Source: an uncultured Nitrososphaerota archaeon (GTDB lineage Archaea; Thermoproteota; Nitrososphaeria; Nitrososphaerales; Gagatemarchaeaceae). Taken from it: a stretch of 64,000 bases of DNA. This document shows, one piece after another, positions 42,761-52,260 of the stretch (the first letter of the stretch is position 1; every line of letters starts with the position of its first letter). The stretch lies in contig CAVRAG010000007.1 in the NCBI GenBank assembly GCA_963718895.1, positions 352,001 to 416,000 on the forward strand, in the 5' to 3' direction. The notes below the pieces were generated by a model. That model ran no database searches. It was not told where the DNA came from and saw nothing but the letters and a program-made list of their open reading frames with translations. The position numbers were made by a program, and so were the translations under genes.

Positions 42761-43822
42761 TTACCTTTCTGGACCCGAACTTATCTCCTTGTGCCACGTT
42801 ATTGATTTTCTAAGGCCCTCTTCTAGGTCCACCTTGGGTTGCCAACCGAGTAGCCGCTTGGCCCTGCGGATGTCCAATGCTCGGCTCGAATGGACCCTCG
42901 GGGTTGTTTCGAGATTGTAGTAGATATTTTTCAAGAAATACCCGGAAATTCTGAGGTATTGAGTCGACCACTTGCCTTATCGTATATCTCTTGTCCCAAC
43001 CAGAGATTCACAGGTGTACCATCATCTATGATTTCACATGCGAGTATGGATTTCCTCGGCAATATCATCGACGTATGTGAATCCCCTCTCTTCATTGCCG
43101 CTTCCCCCAGACCTCGAATGGATCTTGTTTCTTGAGTGCTTTTTCGATTAACGCAGCTATCGCATGGCTCGAATCGAATTCGCCTGGCCCGTAGACGGTA
43201 AGATAGCGACACGCAGAGGTCTTGAACCCGTGTTCCTTATTGAACACTATCAACTGCATCTCACCCATCAGCTTAGCGAATCCGTAGAGGTTGTCACTGC
43301 TTGCCCATCCTTCGCCAGTGGCCAGAATGTCATCCTCCTTCAAGAGACGACCTGGAATGTTGAGTGAAGGAGCATACACACAAGCACTGGAAGCATAGTG
43401 AAATCGGTCAATACCGGCAACGTAGGAACCGCTTATCACATTGTGATCTATTGCGAGCATCTCGGAGCACTCCGCTTGATGGATGTCAACAAACTCCCTG
43501 CCTCCGAACACAGCACTAAGGTGGAAGACTGTGCGTTCTTCTTTGCAATCTTTTGGAACTTTGCCTTGTCAACCGCAAGATCGAGGGTAACTAGATTGGG
43601 ATGATCGAAGCCGTGCTTTGCGTAAACCTCGTTCAGCGAATTCACTTTCCTCTTCGCCATTTCAATGTTTTTTTCGGTACCAAGAACCTTGTCTATCACA
43701 GTAACCTCAGCCCCCCTAGACAGGAGTTTGTCCACCACACATCTCCCAATGAATCCCGCGCCACCCGTAACAATGATTTTCCTATCCTTCCAGCGGGTCC
43801 GTTGAGATCTTGGCAGGGGCAC
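42761..43822 (-). CDS. NAD-dependent nucleotide-sugar epimerase/dehydratase (frameshifted)
   Basis: VTGGAGFIG, YASSACVY, YGFAK (YxxxK), VYGPG, VWG, LGWQP. Confidence 0.88.
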
Positions 43823-44718
43823 TAGTCACCCTCCCGGCTTTCGCGTACGACACTTATCAGAACCCACAGGATTACGGCTATGGCGACTAGGATTAGACCG
43901 ACGAGTGAGGTTGCCATCGCTATGAGTGCAACATTTGTGATTATGGTCTTCTCAGCGACAAAGATGCTTAAGGTCCAGTACCAGAAGACGACGGCGATGA
44001 GCAAAGATACAAAACCAGGAATTCCGTAGAACATCAGGGGATGGCGGATTGAAAGGTGTTTCACAAGAGAAAGAAGCACATCTAGCCCTTGGTACACCGG
44101 GTTACGCTTCGACGAGCCTTGTATATAGGATACAGTAATCGGAACTTCAATCGCCTTAAGCCCTAAATCGTGGGCCTTGGATAGTATCTCTGTATGGCCC
44201 ATCCCCATTTCGCTGATTGCCAGAGATTTGATAGCTCTCTTATTGTACGCGGAAACCTGATTGGGCGTCAGTTAGACCGAAGTACGCCATAGCGCCGGAC
44301 AGCTTGGTTATTGCTTGCGCACCAACCTTTCTATGGTTCGGCATGTTAGTAGTTCCCTCAAGGAATCTCGAACCGACGACTATGTCTGCTTCCCCGTTGA
44401 GAAGCGGTGTGACAACCTTTTCCACGTCGGCAGGGTCATGCTGCCCATCCCCGTCCAAAGTGACCATGATGTCGACATCCTCCAGTTTAGCACGCGAAAA
44501 AGCGTTGCCAATGCGGCACCGTAGCCCTTGTTCGTTGAATGAGAGATTACCTCAGCTCCTAGGCTCTTGGCGATATCTCTCGTCAGGTCTGTTGACCCGT
44601 CATCGCACACGATTACGCTGTCGACATATCTGTTAGCAAGAACAAGCACTTTTGCAATGTTCTTCTCTTCGTTGTAGGCAGGAATGGCCGCCACCACTCG
44701 TAATTTACTCTCCTGCAT
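43822..44718 (-). CDS. GT2 polyprenol-phosphate glycosyltransferase (DPM1-like) with C-terminal TM helices (frameshifted)
   Basis: IPAYNEE, DDGSTD, NKGYGAA, LDGDGQHD, VVGSRF, DAQSGFR. Confidence 0.88.
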
Positions 44719-44721
44719 TTG

Positions 44722-45325
44722 CTACCCATCCCTGAAGTGTGAGTCGGACCGCATCCCAAGCAGAATGTTCGTTGGAACCCAAATTTCACATTCTCTTCCA
44801 GGAAGGCAACGCCTAGTCTGGATGTCTACCGAGGTCTGATACGGCCGATTGGCCTTGGTCCCCTCCTCAGCCAAAGCGTGAGGTAAAACGTTGACAATCT
44901 CAATGATGCAGGACATCAACGCACAATCGAAGTCCATCTGGAGAGTCCCCGCGACTTTGCTTTCATGCATAAAGTTCTTCTGATCGTCCAACGCGCATAG
45001 GTCAAGAGGGATAGCCTCAGCGAGTGTTGTGACGGATTTGGAATTGATTCTGTCAATGTCTTCTCTCACCTGCTTGGATCAATCCAAAGAGACGGCTCGG
45101 ATGAACTCCCGCGGCCTGAGCGGGACAAAGAGAAGACTGCTTTGTGGCCTTCGTTTTGAGATTCACGCTCGAGAAACCGAAGGTTCGTCCGGGATTGATT
45201 TCACGCATCGCGAAGAGGTTTGTAATCAATGGTGAGATGTCTGAAATTTGGGCTACTTGAAGAACGGTCTGCATACTTAACGTTGGATTCTTGACAGTCT
45301 TATACCTAGTATGTTCCTCTGTCAT
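44722..45325 (-). CDS. Unassigned fragmented ORF(s)
   Basis: ORFs 45053..45325 and 44722..45069 are co-oriented with the operon and end 3 nt before the next start; no motif recognised. Confidence 0.3.
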
Positions 45326-45603
45326 GAATTGGATATTCTTCGGTTAAGGTTGTCTCCCGAAACTGCCAGGTTTCCGACCTGTAGATTACTGAGTACAATC
45401 ACATCGAACCAGTCGCAACGAGTCTGCACTCTCGAGGATTAATTGTGAACCTTCCTATTCGTTGAGCAAGGCTTCATGTCAGTTAGGCAGACGAACTGCA
45501 TCTCCACAGATTCACGAGGTCTCAAAGAGAAGACCTTGCGCGACTCGGGTAAGGAGGGAGCATCTAGGCGTAGTCGAAATGAAGGGAGTCGCAGCCACGC
45601 TTC

Positions 45604-47397
45604 CTAGGTCAGCTCATATACTCGAACGTCCGGATTAGAATAGACCAGTGTCAAATTGGAACTGGATAAAGACGGAAAGTTGTTCCAAGGGAAATCTTGC
45701 GGGATGTCTGGGACTGCCGCCGTTACTACATTAGTGACTATTATGTATGGTATCTTCTGCCGATTGGCGTAAGCTATCGCTTGGGCGGGGTCACTCAAGT
45801 AAGCATATGTCGTCTCGCGATTGAAGAATAGAGAGGTATATGTGAAACGAAAATCTGAGACCGCAAGGTACGTCGAGTTCTCGGGAGTGTGTGATTGAAG
45901 CCAAAACATGGAAGCGTTTACTGCGAGCTGAGCTTGAGAAGAGACTTGTGTGCTGGCAGTCGCGTCCGAAACCAGCTGCACACCCCATGAACCCGCAACC
46001 AGGGGCACCAGCACTAGCACCAATACGAATCCGGCTTTCCAATATGTGGTCGGTGAGGAGCTTCTCCCCTTCCTAGTTCGAATCTTGGGAGAAGCGAAAA
46101 GAGCCCAAAACCCGCCATTAGAGTGAAGGGCACGAGCGCTTCAAAGGAAAACCTCCATGCGCCCACGCCAAAAGGAGAAACGATCAGCAAGGAGACGAAC
46201 CAAATCACGGGAACAAACATGAGAGACGACCCCATGGTGAATGCTCTCCATAGATAGACAAAGAAGAGGAGGAGCATTATGGCGAATCCTATGTCGTACG
46301 TCGTCTCAACAGCCATGTAACTGAGAATCGGAAAGGCCGACAAGAGACCCGAAATCCAGGTACTTCCAATCACATTGCCTCCGCCGGTGGAGGCAAGTTC
46401 GAGGGAGTTGACGATAGTCGGATATGCGAGCACGGCGATTCCGGCTGGGACAACTACCAGAAGAGAGGCCAGTAGGAGACGCTTCGGGAAGGCTTTGGCA
46501 ACGAAGTATTCGATCAACGGAAGGGTCAATACGGCTGGCAGGATTGTAATCGTGGAATAGTGAGAGAAGTATGCCATGGCTGTAGCCAGGCAGAGAACAA
46601 CCCACGCTCCCCGAGACCTGATGTTCAATCCAACTTCGATTAACGCTGTGAGAAGAAAAAGAGAGGCCAGAATACCGAAGAAATTGGCATAGAGCCCTGC
46701 ATTGAAGACGCTGCCGAACCAGACAGTTCCGGATAGAGAGTAGATCAGCGCTGCAATGATAGCCGCGGCATTGCTCGAAAACAGTTTCCGTGCGATCAGG
46801 TAGAAGAGGAGAGGAGAGAGCGCCACCAGCAGAGCCATTGTCCAGCGGACGGTTACCAAGGGATTTCCACCGACGAGAAGCAGAGCCGCCGCGAGCTGAA
46901 AGTGGACCCCGTAGTATAGCACGCCGAGCGGGATTGATGTCGAAGTTCCGGAGACTAGACCTTGGGCATACTGCACGTGAGCGGCGTAGTCAGGGCTTTG
47001 ATACGCAGGAAAGATCGGGTACTTCTGGAAGTACAGCGCAATAAGTAGGCTCTGTACGAGAATGATCGAAAGCATCGCCAGTTCAAGTCTTCTGGGCCTT
47101 GTCCACCAAGTCACTTTTCCATGAAGAAAAGAAGCGAGCAAGAGAGCAGCAAGCCCAAAGGCGACCGTGCCATAAATCGTCAGAAGGATCGAGACCCCGA
47201 AGAGCTGGAGAAAGTCCAGACGTGCGTATCATCACGACAATCGTGTCGACAGCGAGTCCGATGCCGAGAGAATATGCAATTCGAGTGGTGAGAGAATCTT
47301 GCTGCCCCCACACTTCCATTAGCTCTCCTAGGCCTATTCCAGGTGCAAAGATGAAGGCGAGATAGACCAAGAACCCCAGAGAGCTCAAGTGCAACAT
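45604..47397 (-). CDS. Multi-pass membrane protein, GT-C superfamily candidate (frameshifted)
   Basis: Loop motif SPDYAAH...YYGVHF, about 13 TM segments, soluble tail FWLQSHTP...PYIIV...LVYSNPDVRVYE as in STT3/ArnT-like proteins. Confidence 0.65.
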
Positions 47398-47698
47398 GAA
47401 GACGTGCGAACGAATATGAATGTTGGGTTTCAGTATTGTCACGCTGGACAACCTCCTAGACTGCACTGAATCTCCTTCGCCCTCATGACTCTGGCGAGCT
47501 CTTTGAGGCGGGAGTGAGCTGTTCAGTAAGAGGAGCCGGTTGTGCATCCGGTGCCGCGGAAGATTGCTAAGACATTCCCTAGGGTCGATCACGGCGTCGG
47601 GTGTCTCTGAAATCCGATTGGAGATGCCTATCCGCTACTCGTGGCAGCTTCAACGCGCGAGATCCTGGTGATTAACACCATATCAGTGGTGCGTCGAT

Positions 47699-49267
47699 TC
47701 ACCGCGCCCGGTATGCTGCATTATCGAAGCGTTCGTAGTCGAGAATTGGGATGACCAGGGACCTAAACCTCCCGAGTCCTACAAGCGCCGAACCCAGAAT
47801 CTCAAGATCTTCTGGTACGATAGCCCTGAGTACCGGAGCTGCTGTGAGATACACAAGAGAGAAGACCACCGTCTCCAGGATCAGCAGAAGGACATCGTTG
47901 AAGTGCGACATTTCCAAAGGGAGAACAACGAGGAACGCCAGGATTGAAGAACTGAAGATAGACAGAGCGGCCTGGAGGTCTATTCTGGCCTGGAAAAACC
48001 TCGAAGACAGATAGAGGCCGATCGTAACCGCAATCAAGTTCGAAGCAAGAATCGAGTAGATGAGACCTGGAACACCAAGTCCAAGGCCTATCGCGAGAAG
48101 AGGCGCGAGCGTAAGCAGGACCCCCGCGCCTACCAGGCTGAAGACCATGTAGAACCTCGGGTGACCAACGCCATTGAAGAAAGAAGGCAAGACGCCATGA
48201 CCCAAGAGAAAGGAGATGTTAGTAAAGGCGAGAAGAGCGAGATACCCCGAGGCGTCACCGTAGGAGGATCCGAGAGGGACCTTGATTATCTGAATTGACG
48301 CGCCCATCAGGAGGAAGATTATCGGAGTGAGGGCGAAAGCCATGTACTTGGTGGCGTACGCGAATGCACGGCTGAGGTCTCCTTTGGTTCCTTCGAGGTG
48401 GGCGAACGCAGGAAACAGAGCCTGCGTGATCGCCCCTGAGGTAATCGTGATTGCGGTCACAAAGTTTGCAGCAGACTGATAGAACCCGACGGAGCTGTTC
48501 GACCCGATCCCCGCCAGAACCACCACGACATACTGCGCGGAGATGCTCGTGACGAACAGCCCTATGAAGAGCGTCCATCCGTAGGAGAGCATCGTCTTCA
48601 CGTCAGCGGCGAAGCTTTCCAGCGGGTTGACGCTTACGCCTGCGGTCTTTCGGAAAAGGAGCACGAGACCTAGAACACCCCCAAGGGCGACGGAGAGGAC
48701 GTAGCCGACGAGCGCCCCAAAGACCGCGAATCCGAAGACGACGAGTGGGACCGCGATGACCAGCCGGAGAATCGACTGGAAGACGTTCGTGATGCTGATG
48801 TCGCCCATGTAGCTCCAGCCGAGCAGGGCGGAGATGCTGGCCTGAAAGACGGCCTGGGCGAAGATGATGAGGGAGGCGAGCTGCACGGACGAACTGATTT
48901 CGGGCCGGTGCAGGACGAGGGTTGAGAGGAACCCAGCGCTGACGTACGAGACTCCAGTAAGGGCCACGCCGAAGAGAACGAGAAAGATTACGCCGTTCAT
49001 AGTCATCCTCTTGGCGAGGTCCGGCCGCTGCTGCGAGAGATGATAGGCGGCAAAACGCGTTATCCCCGAGTTGACGCCGAACCCGAGGAAGTTGAGGAGA
49101 ATGCTGGGGATCAGGATTGAAAGTGTGTAGACGCCATACTGGCTCGGTCCGAGCAGCCTGGCTATGATGGTTATCGCGACGAATGAGACCACGGTTGTGA
49201 GGAGGTTCCCGGCGAAGAGGGCGAAAGACCCACGGGCGGACCTGCGGGCGATCTCTTCTTGTGACAA
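47699..49267 (-). CDS. Oligosaccharide flippase (Wzx/AglR-like)
   Basis: IARLLGPSQYGVY, VGFYQSA, LFPAFA; about 14 TM segments. Confidence 0.9.
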   Translation of the reverse strand: MSQEEIARRSARGSFALFAGNLLTTVVSFVAITIIARLLGPSQYGVYTLSILIPSILLNFLGFGVNSGITRFAAYHLSQQRPDLAKRMTMNGVIFLVLFGVALTGVSYVSAGFLSTLVLHRPEISSSVQLASLIIFAQAVFQASISALLGWSYMGDISITNVFQSILRLVIAVPLVVFGFAVFGALVGYVLSVALGGVLGLVLLFRKTAGVSVNPLESFAADVKTMLSYGWTLFIGLFVTSISAQYVVVVLAGIGSNSSVGFYQSAANFVTAITITSGAITQALFPAFAHLEGTKGDLSRAFAYATKYMAFALTPIIFLLMGASIQIIKVPLGSSYGDASGYLALLAFTNISFLLGHGVLPSFFNGVGHPRFYMVFSLVGAGVLLTLAPLLAIGLGLGVPGLIYSILASNLIAVTIGLYLSSRFFQARIDLQAALSIFSSSILAFLVVLPLEMSHFNDVLLLILETVVFSLVYLTAAPVLRAIVPEDLEILGSALVGLGRFRSLVIPILDYERFDNAAYRAR

Positions 49268-49338
49268 ATTGCCGTGGCTTCTCCGGGTCTGCTCCTCGGC
49301 GCAACACCCGATTATTTAGGAATGACTTGGTCCGTGTC

Positions 49339-50896
49339 TCAGGCGTACTTCCCTACGACAAGGCGGCTGTAGCCCGTCGCGTTCTCGAGGAGGGCCGCGT
49401 AGGTCGTGCCGTTGAGGATGAGGAAGGATGGCGCGTGGAGGGCGGTCTCGAAGGGGAGGGAGTTGGAGTCGGAGGAGAAGGTCAGGGGCCCAAAGTCGAT
49501 GGTCTTCTCAAGGTCCATGGAGCGATCGTACACCTTGACCGCGTCGTTCGAGATCGCGAAGAGGGCGCCGTCCTCCCAGAGGAGGTTCGAAGCGGCGATG
49601 CCTATCGGGTAGGTCGCGACCGCGTGCGACGATACGTTGAGGACCTGGACTTCCCGGGCCTGCGGAACCGCCAGGTACACGCTCGACCCGTCGGTCACGG
49701 CGGACGTGCACCCGGCCGATGGCGTCACTCCCTCGTACTCGACGGCGCCAGAGCCAGAGATGACCACGACGAAGGGGTCTAGTCCGGGGTATGATTCGTA
49801 GAACGACACACCGTAGTAGGGGTCGGCGAAGAGGGCCACGAAGGTCCCGCCGCCGTGCTCGCGCTGAGCAGCTGCTGGGGGTAGGCGTTGCAGAAGCCCG
49901 AGTAGACGTAGTCGACCCAGTTCGACGCGACCCCGTCGGGGTAGATCGAGCCGGCCGTGTATGAGTGCACGACCAGCGTGTTCCCCCCGAGCTGGCAGAC
50001 GCCGTTGGAGAGGGGGCTGGCGGACGCAGTGTAGAAGTAGAAGCTGCGACGCGTTCGTCGCGGCCAGCTGGCTCGTGTCGCTGGATATCGCGCCTATCGG
50101 GCCGCTCGCCGAGTAGAACCATCCGTCGTAGTAGGCGTAGCCCGAGTCCACCCCCTTGGCCACCGGCTGCTCGTAGGACCCCTGCCGTCCGGTCGGGTTG
50201 GCAAGGAGGCGCACCGGGAAGGACGCCACGACCCTCCCGCTCGAGTCCAGCTCGTACAGCTGCGCCGCGTTGGAGGTCGTGGCGTACCCTACCGAGACGT
50301 AGACCTGTCCGGTCGAGATGGGCATCACGTCGGTGACAATGCCGACTCCGGCGTCGAAGGACCACTCCTCAGTCCCAGACGCCGAGAAGGCGACGACCTT
50401 GGAGCCCGAGCTCAGGTAGAAGAGGGACGGGTCGTAGACGTCCTCGAAGAGCTGCGCGTTCTCGGGGCCCCCCGCACCCGATGACCCTGACCAGACCGAC
50501 CCCGGCGGGTCGGAGGACGACAGGGGCGGCGAAGACGTTCCCGAGCGAGGTCACCGCCTCCACGCTGTAGCCAGAGGGTACGGACTCTCTGACAGAGTCG
50601 CCGACGCCGAGCTGGCGAACCCAGTTCTATGATTCGCGAGGTGTTGGGACCCACCAGCCTGAGAAACTCGACGGTCGAAGGGACCTGGCCGTCGTTGGCT
50701 GATCGTCAGGTTGCCCGCGGCGAGAGAGAGCGAGAGGTGCTCGATGCCCTGGAGCTGGTGGAGCTGGCGCGCTCTGGTCCGAGGCGCCCTGGATGCTCTC
50801 CATCGCGCCGACCGCCGAGGACCAGGTCTGGATGGACGCCATGGAGAGCAGGAAGATCATGATGAAGCCGTAGACCGAGCTGATCCCCCTCTTCAT
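49339..50896 (-). CDS. Pilin-like protein with class III signal peptide and probable C-terminal beta-propeller (frameshifted)
   Basis: MKRG|ISSVYGFIMIFLLSM; NDG...VTSLGNVF pilin-type domain; then repeated beta blades (KVVAFS...EWSFDAG, TGQVYVS, DGSSVYLA...VQVLNV, DGALFA...VKVYD). Confidence 0.65.
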
Positions 50897-50989
50897 GCTC
50901 GAAGGAGGTGGTCCGATTATTTAAGCCCCGATAAGGTGCGGAGTGTCCCCTAGGGTTCGGAGAAAAAAGAGGAAAAGAAAACTGTCTGT

Positions 50990-52252
50990 TTAGGACAGCT
51001 TTCTAATCAATATTGCGAGTTCGAGAACTAGGGTTATGACTGCCAGCGCTGCGACAACCAGAATGTAGGTCTGGTCGTTAGACACAGTCGAGTTCATGTT
51101 GTTCACGGAAGTCTGGAGACCAGGTATTCCGGAAACAGATGACTGAAGACTAGTCACGTCGCTTTGCAGGGTAGTCAAACTGCTTGTGATGGAACCGATA
51201 CTAGCTGTAGTGTGGTTATGCTGTTCTGCAGACTGGCGACCGCCTGGCTTGCGCTAGTGGCCGCTGTTGCTGCAGCTTGTGCGTTGTTGGAGATGCCTGA
51301 GAGAGAGCTGGAGATGCCTGTGATTGCTGTGTTGAGAGTGTTGCCCCATGTCGTCACGTTCTTTCCGACCGCAGCGATGCTGCTCGAGAGGCCAGTCATG
51401 CTACTCTGGAGGGATGTTACTCCCGTCTGAATAGTGGTCAGACTGCTCGATAGGCCTGTCACTGCGGTCTGGAGAGTTGCGACGTTCGTCGTCAGAGTCG
51501 CCAGACTCGTCGGTAAGCGCCGCGAGCGCGCTTTGCGTTGCGACTGCGTTGACGGTGAAGGAGCCTATGTTGGATGCGGAGAACGCCCCTGTTGAGGAGG
51601 TGTTCGTGCCAGAGGCACCGACCAGATACACGCCGCTTGCCGCGGTTGCTGGAAGTGTAACGCTGAATGCGTACACATCAAGGCCCGCCACGTTGGCAGC
51701 AGGTACACGGGTCGCAGATCCAAGGGAGGTCGTTGTCGTCGCACCTGGTGCAAGGTACCAGCCGGTTACGGTTGCTGGACTCGAGGTCCAGACCCACACG
51801 TTCGTGCTGGTTGCGCCGGTTACGACTTCGCTGGGTGCCACGACGGTCAGGTAGCTACCTGAAGGGCTCGTCGTGCCGGATGAGGTGTACTTGAACGTCT
51901 GGGTCCCGGTTGCACCGTTTGAGTCGGTGGCCGTGATCACATACGTCCCTGATGTCCATGCAGAGTTCCCGCCAGCATACGTCGAGTACGTGAACGTTCC
52001 GCCAGCTGTGACGGCTACGTTCGTCGCATCGAACACGCCAGAGGCGCCCTGCTCGGTCACCTGGATGTTGACGTTATCTGGAAGGGTTGGGGTTGGGGTG
52101 ATTGTTCCAGTGATCGTGTACGCTGTTGATCCAATCGGCGCAAAGGTGGTGGCCGGGCTCGAGAAAGTGATCGAGCCGGTCGCCGCGGATGCAGCGAGTG
52201 GGGACAGCAGCAGTGCCACGAGCAGTGGGATTGACAGGAGTTGGAGTTTCAT
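50990..52252 (-). CDS. S-layer stalk/anchor protein (SlaB-like), frameshifted
   Basis: Signal peptide, two Thr-rich Ig-like beta domains (GTYVITATD, GVYLVGASG), long Ser/Thr heptad coiled coil, C-terminal TM ending IRKLS; GGTGA ribosome-binding site after the upstream stop; T-rich tract downstream. Confidence 0.72.
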
Positions 52253-52260
52253 GCTCTCAC

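Larger units (their letters stand above)
34440..47800. other. Lower-GC glycosylation island (boundaries approximate)
   Basis: By eye GC drops from roughly mid-60s to roughly 50 percent; content is almost entirely glycosyltransferase, epimerase, methyltransferase and membrane genes; no integrase, tRNA or flanking repeats seen. Confidence 0.75.
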
